Source of the DNA: an uncultured bacterium
Lineage (GTDB): Bacteria > Auribacterota > JACPWU01
DNA length: 32,000 nucleotides
NCBI GenBank assembly: GCA_964640155.1
Contig: CAZXEQ010000007.1
Span: forward strand, 60,001 to 92,000
Direction of reading: 5' to 3'
Shown here: positions 22,089-31,290 of the stretch, piece by piece
How positions within the stretch are numbered: the stretch's first letter is position 1
Layout of the letters: each line of letters begins with the position of its first letter
The notes under the pieces: model-generated
The model's database searches: none
The model's input: the letters and a program-made list of their open reading frames with translations, nothing else
What the model was told of the DNA's origin: nothing
Program-made: the position numbers and the translations under genes

Positions 22089-23251
22089 TAGGAGTTTCCA
22101 TATTAGGTTCCACAGGTTCTATTGGGAAAAATGCACTAGAAATTATTCGCCATTTTCCTGATCGTTTTCGTGTGGTGGGACTTGCTGCAAAATCAAATAT
22201 TGAAATTTTAGAAGAGCAGATCAGATTGTTTAAACCTCATCAGGTTGCTGTCGAAGATCCTGAAAAAGCGAAAATTCTTAAAAGTAAACTTTCTGGTTTT
22301 TCGACAGGCAATGGTCGATTAGAAATCATTCCAGGTCTGGAAGGAATGAAGCAAGTGGCTTCTCATTCTGAAACACAAACCGTTATTTCAGCCATTGTTG
22401 GAGCCGCGGGTTTGATTCCAACCATGGAAGCAGTTAAAACACAAAAAAAAGTTCTGCTTGCAAATAAAGAAGTGTTGGTCATGGCGGGAGAGCTTTTTGT
22501 AAAAGAGGCTAAGAAAAGAAATACAACAATTTTGCCTGTCGACAGTGAGCACAGCGCCGTTTTTCAATGTATTGATGGTAAAAACTATGAAGAAATTTCT
22601 AAAATTATTCTTACAGCTTCAGGTGGCCCTTTTCTTCATAAAAGTTGTAAGGATTTAGAAAGTGTGACAGTGGAGGAAGCTTTAAAACATCCCAATTGGA
22701 AAATGGGACCAAAGATTACGATTGATTCTGCTACGATGATGAATAAAGGGCTTGAATTGATTGAAGCTTACTGGCTTTTTGGTTCTTCTCTGGACAAACT
22801 GGATGTTTTGATTCATCCTCAGAGCATTGTTCATTCTTTGGTTGAGTTTCAAGATGGATCGGTATTGGCACAATTGGGTGTTCCTGATATGAAAATCCCG
22901 ATTCAGTATGCTTTAAGTTATCCTGAGCGCCTAAAGGGTCCAGCTCCTAGGTTAGATTTAGCAAAAGTAGGGGCATTGACATTTATGGAGGTAGATGGCG
23001 AGAAATTTCCTGCCATTCGTTTGGCGAAACGCTCACTTCAGGCTGGAGGGACATTGCCTGCTGTTTTGAATGGCGCTAATGAAGTTGCAGTTTCGAGATT
23101 TCTCTCAGGAGAAATTCATTTTTTGGAAATATATCAACTGGTTGAAAATGTTATTAGTTCTCATCAGAATTATTTATCGCCTGGTTTAGATCAAATTTTA
23201 GATGCCGATCGCTGGGCTCGAGAGGAGGCTTTTCAATGGAAGGCATCATAG
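22085..23251 (+). CDS. dxr: 1-deoxy-D-xylulose 5-phosphate reductoisomerase
   Basis: GSTGSIG NADPH motif, LANKE, DSEHSA, and NKGLE motifs. Confidence 0.96.
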   Translation: MIGVSILGSTGSIGKNALEIIRHFPDRFRVVGLAAKSNIEILEEQIRLFKPHQVAVEDPEKAKILKSKLSGFSTGNGRLEIIPGLEGMKQVASHSETQTVISAIVGAAGLIPTMEAVKTQKKVLLANKEVLVMAGELFVKEAKKRNTTILPVDSEHSAVFQCIDGKNYEEISKIILTASGGPFLHKSCKDLESVTVEEALKHPNWKMGPKITIDSATMMNKGLELIEAYWLFGSSLDKLDVLIHPQSIVHSLVEFQDGSVLAQLGVPDMKIPIQYALSYPERLKGPAPRLDLAKVGALTFMEVDGEKFPAIRLAKRSLQAGGTLPAVLNGANEVAVSRFLSGEIHFLEIYQLVENVISSHQNYLSPGLDQILDADRWAREEAFQWKAS

Positions 23252-24552
23252 CAAAGATATTTTTTAATGTTTTTGTGCCCATGTTTGCATTGGGTATCGT
23301 TGTATTTGTTCACGAATTAGGACATTTTTTAGTTGCGCGATGGTGTGGAATTAAAGTTTTAAGATTTTCGATTGGTTTTGGTCCGAAAATTTGTTCCTGG
23401 AAAAGAGGTGAAACTGAATATTGTGTTTCTTGGCTCTTTTTTGGTGGTTACGTGAAATTTTTGGGTGATGAATTAGATAATGAAACAGCTCACAAGACAG
23501 AAGGGGCATATTACTCTGTGAGTCCGTGGAAAAGAATATGGACTTGTTTGGCTGGTCCCGGAATGAATCTTCTTTTTGCTTTCGTTATGTACTGCATGAT
23601 TTTTGTCATGGGTCGACCTGTTTTGGTCGATGAGAAAGTAACGATCATTGGTAGTATTGTAAAAGATTCTCCAGCTCAAAGTGCAGGTTTGATGCCAGGA
23701 GATCAAATTATTAGAATGGACAATCATGCTATTTCAAGTTGGAAAGAGGTTTTAAATACAATAGCACTTTCTTCCAACGATAAGCTGCATATGGGAGTTT
23801 TGCGCGATGGACAAAATCTTGATATAGAAGTCACTCCTCAAATGGATGCAAAAAGGGGAGTGAGAATGATTGGAATCAGCAGAAAAGAGACGATTAAAGT
23901 GGGGGAAATTGATCCTGGAATGCCCGCTGAAAAAGCAGGACTTCAAAAAGGAGATATTATTATTGGGTTTGAAGGACAAAAAATCTATCAATGGAATGAA
24001 TTGATGGGAGCAGTTCAAACACACGGAGATAAAGAAGCGATCTTGCTCGTGAACAGGCAAGGCAATAATCTTGAACTCGCGATTACTCCACAGAAAAGTC
24101 AGGATGAAAAAGAGCTTTCAATGGGGTTTACAAGTGAAATGGATTTTGTGACAGAACATCCGAATCCTTTTACGGAAATGAAAAATGATATTCAAAATAT
24201 TTTTCAAACTTTAAGTGCTCTTTTTGCAAGAACGGTTTCCCCTAAAGGATTATCAGGGCCTGTAGGAATTCTAGTGATCATTGGAATGTTTGCAAAAGCG
24301 GGGCTTGTATATTTTCTTGGGCTTATGGCTTTGATTAGCGTCAATTTGGGTGTATTTAATGTTCTTCCAATTCCAGTTTTGGATGGAGGGCATGTCCTTT
24401 TTAATTTAATTGAAATTATTTTTAGAAGACCTTTGCCAAAGAAGGCACTCATCATTATTCAAAATATTTTTGTGACTATTTTGATAGGATTTATTCTCTT
24501 TGTGACGTATCAAGATATTGCAAGGCTCATAACAAAGTTTTTTGGAAAATAG
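23236..24552 (+). CDS. rseP: RIP zinc metalloprotease RseP/RasP (site-2 protease) with PDZ domains
   Basis: HELGHF zinc motif near the N-terminus, two PDZ-like segments (SPAQSAGLMPGD, MPAEKAGLQKGD), and NVLPIPVLDGGH near the C-terminus. Confidence 0.95.
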   Translation: MEGIIAKIFFNVFVPMFALGIVVFVHELGHFLVARWCGIKVLRFSIGFGPKICSWKRGETEYCVSWLFFGGYVKFLGDELDNETAHKTEGAYYSVSPWKRIWTCLAGPGMNLLFAFVMYCMIFVMGRPVLVDEKVTIIGSIVKDSPAQSAGLMPGDQIIRMDNHAISSWKEVLNTIALSSNDKLHMGVLRDGQNLDIEVTPQMDAKRGVRMIGISRKETIKVGEIDPGMPAEKAGLQKGDIIIGFEGQKIYQWNELMGAVQTHGDKEAILLVNRQGNNLELAITPQKSQDEKELSMGFTSEMDFVTEHPNPFTEMKNDIQNIFQTLSALFARTVSPKGLSGPVGILVIIGMFAKAGLVYFLGLMALISVNLGVFNVLPIPVLDGGHVLFNLIEIIFRRPLPKKALIIIQNIFVTILIGFILFVTYQDIARLITKFFGK

Positions 24553-24688
24553 TAGTCTGATGAAAAAGCCCAATCTGCTTCGTTATCCCGATGTTTATCG
24601 GGATGCCTTTGCATCCCCTTACGGGGACTATACCTAACGGTACTAGAAAAACTTGTAAAAACATGTCTCGGACTTTTTGATCAGACTA
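24553..24688. repeat. 136-bp element bounded by 16-bp terminal inverted repeats (MITE-like insertion or structured RNA)
   Basis: TAGTCTGATGAAAAAG (24553-24568) matches the reverse complement of CTTTTTGATCAGACTA (24673-24688) at 15 of 16 positions. Three internal tetraloop hairpins: 24585-24604, 24614-24627 and 24631-24642. Confidence 0.6.
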
Positions 24689-24720
24689 GGTAAAGCACAA
24701 ATATTACAGGAAATGAATGA

Positions 24721-26424
24721 ATGCGCTGGTCTAATACATACATTTCAACTTTAAGAGAATCTCCTCAAGAAGCCGAGATTAAAAGTCATCGGCTCATGCT
24801 TCGTGCGGGCTTGATTCAAAAATTGGCAGGAGGTTTATATACATTTTTACCGATGGGCTTAAGGTCTTTACGAAAGGTAGAGGCCATTATCCGAGATGTG
24901 ATGGGTAAACATGGTGCCATTGAAGTGCTTTTGCCTATTCTGCAGCCTAAAGATATTTGGACTCAAAGCGGTAGATGGGAAACGATGCGAGACCTGATGC
25001 TTGTGGCGGAAGATCGTCAGAAGCGTTCTTTTGTTCTGGGTCCTACTCATGAAGAAGTGATCACGGATTTAGTTTCAAAAAGAATTAAATCTTATCGTGA
25101 CTTGCCCAAAAATTTTTATCAAATTCAGACAAAATTCCGTGATGAAATTCGTCCTCGATTTGGTTTGATGCGCGCGCGCGAATTTTTAATGAAAGATGGT
25201 TATAGTTTTGATATGGATGATCCTTCAGCTGAAAAAAGTTATTGGAATATGGCCGAAGCCTATCAAGAAATTTTTACACGCTGTGGTTTGAATTTTAGAA
25301 TGGTGGAAGCAGACACAGGCGTGATGGGCGGATCTTTAAGTCATGAGTTTATGGTTCTTGCAGAGACGGGTGAAGACGAAATTTTTTCATGCCCTTCTTG
25401 CAAATATGCAGCCAATCGAGAATTAGCGAAGCGGCTTCCTCTGATGCCTGCTTTTAGCGGTTCTGAGAAAAAAGAAATTGTTCAAACCCCTGGTTTAAAA
25501 TCTGTAGAAGAGGTCAGCAAATTTTTAAATGTAAATCCGACTCAATTGGTTAAAACACTTCTTTATTGGGCTCAGAGGAAATTAGTGGCCGTGCTTGTCA
25601 GAGGAGATGTTCAGATTAATGAAGGTAAATTGTGTCGTTTCCTTGGAGTAACAAAATTAGAATTGGCTGATGAAAAGAAAGTAGAAGAAACATATCAAAT
25701 CCCTATGGGATTTGTAGGCCCTGTCGGTTTAAAAGACATTCGTATTATTGCTGATTTGAGTGTACAAGGATTGCAAGATGTTGTTGTAGGTGCTAATGAA
25801 AAAGACGCACATCTGACACATGTCAATTTAGAGCAAGATTGTAAAATTGATGCTTATGCAGATTTGGGTTTTTCTCAAAAAGGAGATTTATGTCCGTCCT
25901 GTAAAGTTCAATTTGAAATTGTTCGAGGAATTGAAGTAGGGCATGTTTTTAAATTAGGAACCAAATACAGTCAGAAACTTGACGCTCATGTTCTTAATCC
26001 TCAAGGAGCAAAAACACCCTGTGTTATGGGTTGTTATGGCATAGGTGTTTCTAGAACCTTAGCTTCTTTTGTGGAACAAAATTCAAATGAGGATGGAATT
26101 CTTTGGAATCGGGCTTTGGCTCCTTATGAGATTGTCCTTCTTCCTCTGCAAATGGAAGTAGCTCCCGTGCGGGAGTTAGCCGAAAAGCTTTATCAGGAGA
26201 TGCTTGCCAAAGGCTGGGATGTTCTTCTTGATGATCGTCCTGAGCGAGCAGGCGTCAAATTTAAAGATGCAGATTTAATTGGATTTCCTCTTCAAGTGAC
26301 TTTAGGCCAAAAATCACTTGAAACAGGTAAATTAGAAATTTTTGTTCGCTCTCGCCAACAAAAAGAAGAAGTTCCTATTGAACAGGTTCTTCCACGTATA
26401 GCTCAGATTCTCGAAGAATTGTAA
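24721..26424 (+). CDS. proS: Prolyl-tRNA synthetase, bacterial type with INS editing domain
   Basis: MRWSNTYISTLRESPQEAEIKSHRLMLRAGLI... parallels the E. coli ProS N-terminus. Also FVLGPTHEEVITDL and YQIQTKFRDEIRPRFGLMRAREFLMKD. Confidence 0.97.
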   Translation: MRWSNTYISTLRESPQEAEIKSHRLMLRAGLIQKLAGGLYTFLPMGLRSLRKVEAIIRDVMGKHGAIEVLLPILQPKDIWTQSGRWETMRDLMLVAEDRQKRSFVLGPTHEEVITDLVSKRIKSYRDLPKNFYQIQTKFRDEIRPRFGLMRAREFLMKDGYSFDMDDPSAEKSYWNMAEAYQEIFTRCGLNFRMVEADTGVMGGSLSHEFMVLAETGEDEIFSCPSCKYAANRELAKRLPLMPAFSGSEKKEIVQTPGLKSVEEVSKFLNVNPTQLVKTLLYWAQRKLVAVLVRGDVQINEGKLCRFLGVTKLELADEKKVEETYQIPMGFVGPVGLKDIRIIADLSVQGLQDVVVGANEKDAHLTHVNLEQDCKIDAYADLGFSQKGDLCPSCKVQFEIVRGIEVGHVFKLGTKYSQKLDAHVLNPQGAKTPCVMGCYGIGVSRTLASFVEQNSNEDGILWNRALAPYEIVLLPLQMEVAPVRELAEKLYQEMLAKGWDVLLDDRPERAGVKFKDADLIGFPLQVTLGQKSLETGKLEIFVRSRQQKEEVPIEQVLPRIAQILEEL

Positions 26425-26455
26425 AAATCACATCTCATAACACTCATTTTATTCC

Positions 26456-26484
26456 TTGACTTTTATTTATGTTTTTATTAAATT
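26456..26484 (+). promoter_or_regulatory. Putative promoter of the nusA-infB operon
   Basis: TTGACT (26456-26461), 17-nt spacer, TAAATT (26479-26484). Confidence 0.4.
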
Positions 26485-26517
26485 AGCCGCGAAAAAGGCG
26501 TTTTATGGTCTATTTAG

Positions 26518-26542
26518 AGAGTGGGAAGAACCCACTCTTTTT
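26518..26542 (+). terminator. Intrinsic terminator or attenuator in the nusA leader (or the proS terminator)
   Basis: AGAGTGGG (26518-26525), loop aagaa, CCCACTCT (26531-38), then TTTT. It ends 27 nt before the nusA ATG. Confidence 0.6.
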
Positions 26543-26569
26543 CGTTTATACTCGAAAGAGGAATAAGTT

Positions 26570-27862
26570 ATGAACGGCGAACTTTTAAATGTTTTAGAAT
26601 ATCTTGAGCGGGAAAAGGGGATCAAAAGAGACATTTTGATCAAGGCAGTAGAGACTTCTCTTCTATCTGCTTCTCGTAAGGGAATCTCTGCTCAGAAGAA
26701 TACATTGATTGTTATTGATCCCAAAACCGCAGATATTAAAGTTTATAATAAAATGTTGGTGGTGGAAAAAGTAGTAAATGCTAAAGAAGAAATTACTGTA
26801 GAAGAAGCCAAGCATCATCAACCTTCGACCAAATTGGGAGATGAAATTAATATTGAAGTTACTCCTAAAGATTTTGGACGTATTGCGGCACAGATTGCGA
26901 AACAGGTCATTATTCAAAAAATTCGCGAAGCTGAAAAAGAAATCATTTTTAATGAATATCGAGATCGCCGTGGGGAGATGGTTAACGGTATTGTCAGGCG
27001 CTTTGAAAGAGGGACGTTGGTTGTTGATTTAGGTAAATGCGAAGCGCTTTTACCTTCTCGCGAACAAGTTCCAACTGAAAAATATCCCGTCGGTTCAAGA
27101 GTGAAGGCGATGATTTTAGAAGTGCGTGATAATTCAAAAAATTTAGAAATCATCCTTTCTAGAACACATCCAGATCTCTTGAAAAGTCTTTTTGAACTTG
27201 AAGTTCCGGAAGTTGCAGATGGTATTGTTGAAATTAAGGCTGTGTCAAGAGAAGCAGGTTTTCGTTCTAAAGTAGCTGTTTCTTCTAAGTCAGAAAAAGT
27301 AGACAGCGTGGGTGCTTGTGTGGGTATGCGAGGAGAAAGAATTAAAAATATTGTTCGCGAATTAAACGGAGAAAAGATTGATATTGTTCCTTGGAGTGCA
27401 GACCCAGCTGCTTTTATTGCAAATGCACTGAGTCCTTCAAAATTGAAAAAAGTAAATGTAAATGCTGCTAGCAGAAGTGCTGAAATTCTTGTTGAACCCG
27501 ATCAAGTTTCATTAGCGATTGGTCGTAAAGGACAAAATGCTCGTCTTTGTGCAAAATTGACAGGCTTTCATATTGATATTTTGGCCGATCGAGTGAGCGA
27601 AGCGGTTCAGTCTTCAGAAGACAAAGAAGAGTCGGTTCTTTTTTCAACAAGAGAAACAGATCAAGATCCTATTTCTGGTTTGCTCCTTACAAAGGTTCAG
27701 GGATTAGATGATTTTATTTTGAGAAGTCTTAGACAGACAGGGTATCGTACAGCTGAAGAGCTTTCACGTTTATCTGCTGCAGATCTTTCGAAAATTCTAG
27801 GACTTGATGAGTCACAAGCTGTACAAATTCTAGAATTGGTTTCAAAAGCGTTAAAAGCATAG
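26570..27862 (+). CDS. nusA: Transcription termination/antitermination factor NusA
   Basis: N-terminal domain (LEREKGI), S1 domain (GEMVNGIVRR...LVVDLG), two KH domains (GACVGMRGERIKNI, AIGRKGQNARL), and one C-terminal HhH repeat. Confidence 0.96.
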   Translation: MNGELLNVLEYLEREKGIKRDILIKAVETSLLSASRKGISAQKNTLIVIDPKTADIKVYNKMLVVEKVVNAKEEITVEEAKHHQPSTKLGDEINIEVTPKDFGRIAAQIAKQVIIQKIREAEKEIIFNEYRDRRGEMVNGIVRRFERGTLVVDLGKCEALLPSREQVPTEKYPVGSRVKAMILEVRDNSKNLEIILSRTHPDLLKSLFELEVPEVADGIVEIKAVSREAGFRSKVAVSSKSEKVDSVGACVGMRGERIKNIVRELNGEKIDIVPWSADPAAFIANALSPSKLKKVNVNAASRSAEILVEPDQVSLAIGRKGQNARLCAKLTGFHIDILADRVSEAVQSSEDKEESVLFSTRETDQDPISGLLLTKVQGLDDFILRSLRQTGYRTAEELSRLSAADLSKILGLDESQAVQILELVSKALKA

Positions 27863-27884
27863 TGTTGTTTGGGGGAAGTATCAA

Positions 27885-29999
27885 ATGAGAGTTCATGAAT
27901 TGGCTAAAGAGTTGGGTCTGGTCAGTAAGGATATTCTTTCTGATCTTAAAGACTTAGGTATTGAAGCCAAAAATCACATGAGTGCTTTAGAAGCAGATGC
28001 TGTTAAAAAAATCAGAGAAAAGCATTCAAAAAAATCCCCTGTTGTAAATGTTGATAAACCAGTATCTTCTTCTGTTTCTCCTGCTCCTGTTTTACCTAAA
28101 GAAGAAAAAAAACAAGTTGCTCACGCAATACAATCCAAAGTTGAAGTTGCAGAACCTGTTCAACCTGTGCCCAAACCTGTGATTGAAGAAAAAGTGGCTG
28201 AAGTTATTCCTGCTCAACCAGAGCCTATAAAAGAAGAAAAAAAGATTTTAGAAATATGTTTACCTATTAGTTTAAAAGACTTGGCCTTTCGTCTAAGTAT
28301 TCCTGTCAATCAACTCATTCTGAAGTTTATGAATGCAGGCGAAATTAAAACCATTAATGATTCTCTCAGCGATAAAGATTCAATATCTCTATTGTGCTTA
28401 GAATATGGGTTTGAAGTTCATTTTATCGAAGCCCCCAAAGAAGAAGTTTCGGAGATAATGGATGAGGAAGAAAAAGACAAGCCTCTTCAACTAACTCCAC
28501 GTGCTGCAGTAGTAACATTTATGGGTCACGTCGATCATGGCAAAACATCTTTGATGGATTTTATTCGAAAAACAAAAGTTGTGGAGAAAGAATCAGGTGG
28601 AATTACACAACATATTGGAGCTTATCAAATCACATTTAAGGATCATAAAATTACATTTTTAGACACCCCAGGTCATGAAGCTTTTACGATGATGAGAGCT
28701 CGAGGTGCACAAGTTACAGATATTGTGGTATTGGTGGTGGCTGCGGATGATGGAATGATGCCGCAAACCCATGAAGCGATTAGTCATTGTAGAGCAGCAG
28801 GAGTTCCTATTATTGTTGCTTTAAACAAAATGGATAAGCCGAATGCAAATCCTGAAACAGTAAAGCGTCAACTTTCGGACAAAGGTATGCTTCCTGAAGA
28901 ATGGGGAGGTCAAACCATTGTTTGTGATGTATCCGCAAAAACGGGAAAAGGAGTAGATCATCTTTTGGAAATGATTTTGCTTCAAGCAGAAATCATGGAA
29001 TTAAAAGCAGATTCTACCCGAAGAGGAAAAGGAATTGTCGTAGAGTCTAAGTTAACGCCAGGCAAGGGAGCTATGGCAACCATTTTGGTTAAAGAAGGAA
29101 TTTTCCGTGTAGGGGATGCTGTGATCTGTGGAACCACATGTGGTCGTATCAAAGCTTTGTTAGATGATCATGGAAGAAAGCTTAAAGAAGCTGGACCAGC
29201 GACGCCTGTTGAAATCTTGGGGTTATCTCATGCTCCTGAAGTAGGTGTGGAACTAAGATCCGTAAAGGACGAAAAATTTGCTCGACAGCTTGTTGAGAAA
29301 AGAACCGAAGATCAGAAAACCAAGGGTCTTCAACTTAAAAAAGTTACTTTGGAAGATATATTCCAACAAATATCAACTCAGAAAATTAAAGAATTTCGTT
29401 TGATTTTAAAAGTAGATGTGAAAGGTTCTCTTGAAGCTTTGAAAGCATCTTTAGAAAGTATCCCTTCAGACAAGGTTGAGCTAAAAGTCATTCACGAAAG
29501 TGTGGGAGACATTACAGAAAATGATGTGATGCTTGCGAGTGCTTCGGGTGCTGTTGTGATTGGATTTCATGTTAAAGAATCAATGGTGGTTAAAGATTTG
29601 GCGAAAAAAGAAGGCGTTCAAATTCGATTGTATTCTATCATCTATCAATTGGTGGATGATGTGAAACTCGCTTTAGAAGGACTTCTGGAACCTATTGAAA
29701 ATGAAGTTGTGATAGGGCATGCACATGTTCAGAAGATTTTTGATATTTCTAAATCAGGACGTGTGGCAGGTTGTTCGATGGTTGATGGAAAAGCCCTGAG
29801 ATCGTCTAAGGTAAGAGTTTTACGTAAAGGAGATGTTCTTTTTGAAGGCGGCCTTCAATCGTTAAAACGATTTAAAGATGAAGTGAAAGAAGTTCGACAA
29901 GGATTTGAATGTGGTATTCGCTTGAACGGTTTTGAAGAGCTTGAAGAAGGTGATACGTTTGAGTTCTACGAAATTCAAAAAACAGCACAGAAATTATAA
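27885..29999 (+). CDS. infB: Translation initiation factor IF-2
   Basis: [12 protein letters not shown]-terminus, G domain [10 protein letters not shown] / DTPGHEAF / NKMD, and conserved C-terminal domains. Confidence 0.97.
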   Translation: MRVHELAKELGLVSKDILSDLKDLGIEAKNHMSALEADAVKKIREKHSKKSPVVNVDKPVSSSVSPAPVLPKEEKKQVAHAIQSKVEVAEPVQPVPKPVIEEKVAEVIPAQPEPIKEEKKILEICLPISLKDLAFRLSIPVNQLILKFMNAGEIKTINDSLSDKDSISLLCLEYGFEVHFIEAPKEEVSEIMDEEEKDKPLQLTPRAAVVTFMGHVDHGKTSLMDFIRKTKVVEKESGGITQHIGAYQITFKDHKITFLDTPGHEAFTMMRARGAQVTDIVVLVVAADDGMMPQTHEAISHCRAAGVPIIVALNKMDKPNANPETVKRQLSDKGMLPEEWGGQTIVCDVSAKTGKGVDHLLEMILLQAEIMELKADSTRRGKGIVVESKLTPGKGAMATILVKEGIFRVGDAVICGTTCGRIKALLDDHGRKLKEAGPATPVEILGLSHAPEVGVELRSVKDEKFARQLVEKRTEDQKTKGLQLKKVTLEDIFQQISTQKIKEFRLILKVDVKGSLEALKASLESIPSDKVELKVIHESVGDITENDVMLASASGAVVIGFHVKESMVVKDLAKKEGVQIRLYSIIYQLVDDVKLALEGLLEPIENEVVIGHAHVQKIFDISKSGRVAGCSMVDGKALRSSKVRVLRKGDVLFEGGLQSLKRFKDEVKEVRQGFECGIRLNGFEELEEGDTFEFYEIQKTAQKL

Positions 30000-30064
30000 T
30001 CTTTTTTGCCTTCCTGTAAACTATCCCCTAAAAAATTGAAGTTTATAAATGTAGGAAAAATTTT

Positions 30065-30397
30065 ATGAAACAAAGAATTCTGAGAGTTAATGAATTAATT
30101 CGACAAGCAATAAGCGAGATTTTACAACGAGATCTGAGTACGCAGCGTTTTGGGATAGTCTCAGTTACAGAAGTGCGTGCATCTAATGACTTACATCATG
30201 CTAAAATCTTTTTCAGTGTGTATGGCGCAAATCCTCAACGTGAAAAAGCCATTCATTGGCTTCAAATGAAGACGGGTGCTATACAAAGTGAGTTAGGGAG
30301 TAAAGTTCGTTTGAGATATACGCCCAGTATTCAATTTATTTTGGATGAGACAGAAGATAAGTTGAATCACATAGCGGAACTTTTTAAGAAAATATAA
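30065..30397 (+). CDS. rbfA: Ribosome-binding factor A
   Basis: 110 aa. RVNELIRQAISEIL..., VTEVRASNDLHHAKIF, LRYTPSIQF. Syntenic after infB. Confidence 0.93.
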   Translation: MKQRILRVNELIRQAISEILQRDLSTQRFGIVSVTEVRASNDLHHAKIFFSVYGANPQREKAIHWLQMKTGAIQSELGSKVRLRYTPSIQFILDETEDKLNHIAELFKKI

Positions 30398-30541
30398 AAG
30401 AGCGGTTTGTGGATAGTGAATCGTGGATTGTGGAAAAGTTGTACATTTATGTTGGTTGTTAGAAATTGAAAAACGAAAATTTAATTAAAATATTTAATAC
30501 ACAAATCACTATATCCAATATCCTATCCACCAGGGGTTAAA

Positions 30542-31276
30542 ATGGATGGCATTTTAGTTGTAGATAAGCCGGCGGGGATTACATCACATGATGTGGTTCT
30601 TTTTGTAAGGCAAAAATTTGGTATTTCGAAAGTAGGTCATACAGGGATTCTGGATCCCATGGCTACTGGAGTGCTTATTCTTCTTCTGGGAAAGGAGACG
30701 AAAAGAGCCAATGTTTTTATTGATCAGGAAAAGGAATATCAAGCTGTTTTGGGATTAGGAAGTGAAACAAGTACACAAGATCGCGAAGGAAAATTTCTTT
30801 TAAAGAATGACATTAGTCATTTGAGACAAGATCGTGTTGTCGAAGTCTTAAATGCTTTTAAAGGAGAGATTTCTCAGATTCCTCCAATGGTTTCTTCCAG
30901 ACGTTTTCAAGGTAAGCGCCTTTATGAACTGGCTCGAAAAGGGATTGAAGTTGAACGAGAACCCAAAAAAGTTTGGATTTATGATTTAAAAATTGAATGG
31001 GTGAGACTTCCTTTTATATCTTTTCGGCTAGCATGCTCCAAAGGAACTTATGTGCGTACCATTTGTCATGATGCGGGAAAGATATTAGGCGTTGGGGGTT
31101 ATCTCTATGCTCTTCAGAGAACCAGATCAGGACCTTTTTCTTTGCAGCATGCAGTGATGTGGCCTGAACTAGGAGAAATGAGTCGAGAGAATTTAAGAAC
31201 TCGACTTATGCGCTACGAGGATGTTCAAAAAGGAAATGTTTCTTTACCTCAATTTATTGCCTCATCGGTTGCTTGA
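30542..31276 (+). CDS. truB: tRNA pseudouridine(55) synthase
   Basis: GILVVDKPAGITSHDVV and GHTGILDPMATGVL (catalytic Asp) motifs. Confidence 0.95.
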   Translation: MDGILVVDKPAGITSHDVVLFVRQKFGISKVGHTGILDPMATGVLILLLGKETKRANVFIDQEKEYQAVLGLGSETSTQDREGKFLLKNDISHLRQDRVVEVLNAFKGEISQIPPMVSSRRFQGKRLYELARKGIEVEREPKKVWIYDLKIEWVRLPFISFRLACSKGTYVRTICHDAGKILGVGGYLYALQRTRSGPFSLQHAVMWPELGEMSRENLRTRLMRYEDVQKGNVSLPQFIASSVA

Positions 31277-31290
31277 GAGGTTATCAAAGA

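Noticed and set aside
24556-24568. CUGAUGA...GAAA-like string (CTGATGAAAAAG) suggesting a hammerhead ribozyme
   Set aside because: No stem II hairpin follows CUGAUGA, and no GAAAC/stem III/cleavage triplet is arranged correctly. The string is simply part of the terminal inverted repeat.
30408-30531. The rbfA-truB spacer as the chromosomal replication origin
   Set aside because: There are only two or three imperfect DnaA-box-like 9-mers, no dnaA/dnaN/gidA context, and the site sits in the middle of a co-directional operon. It is kept only as a low-interest note.
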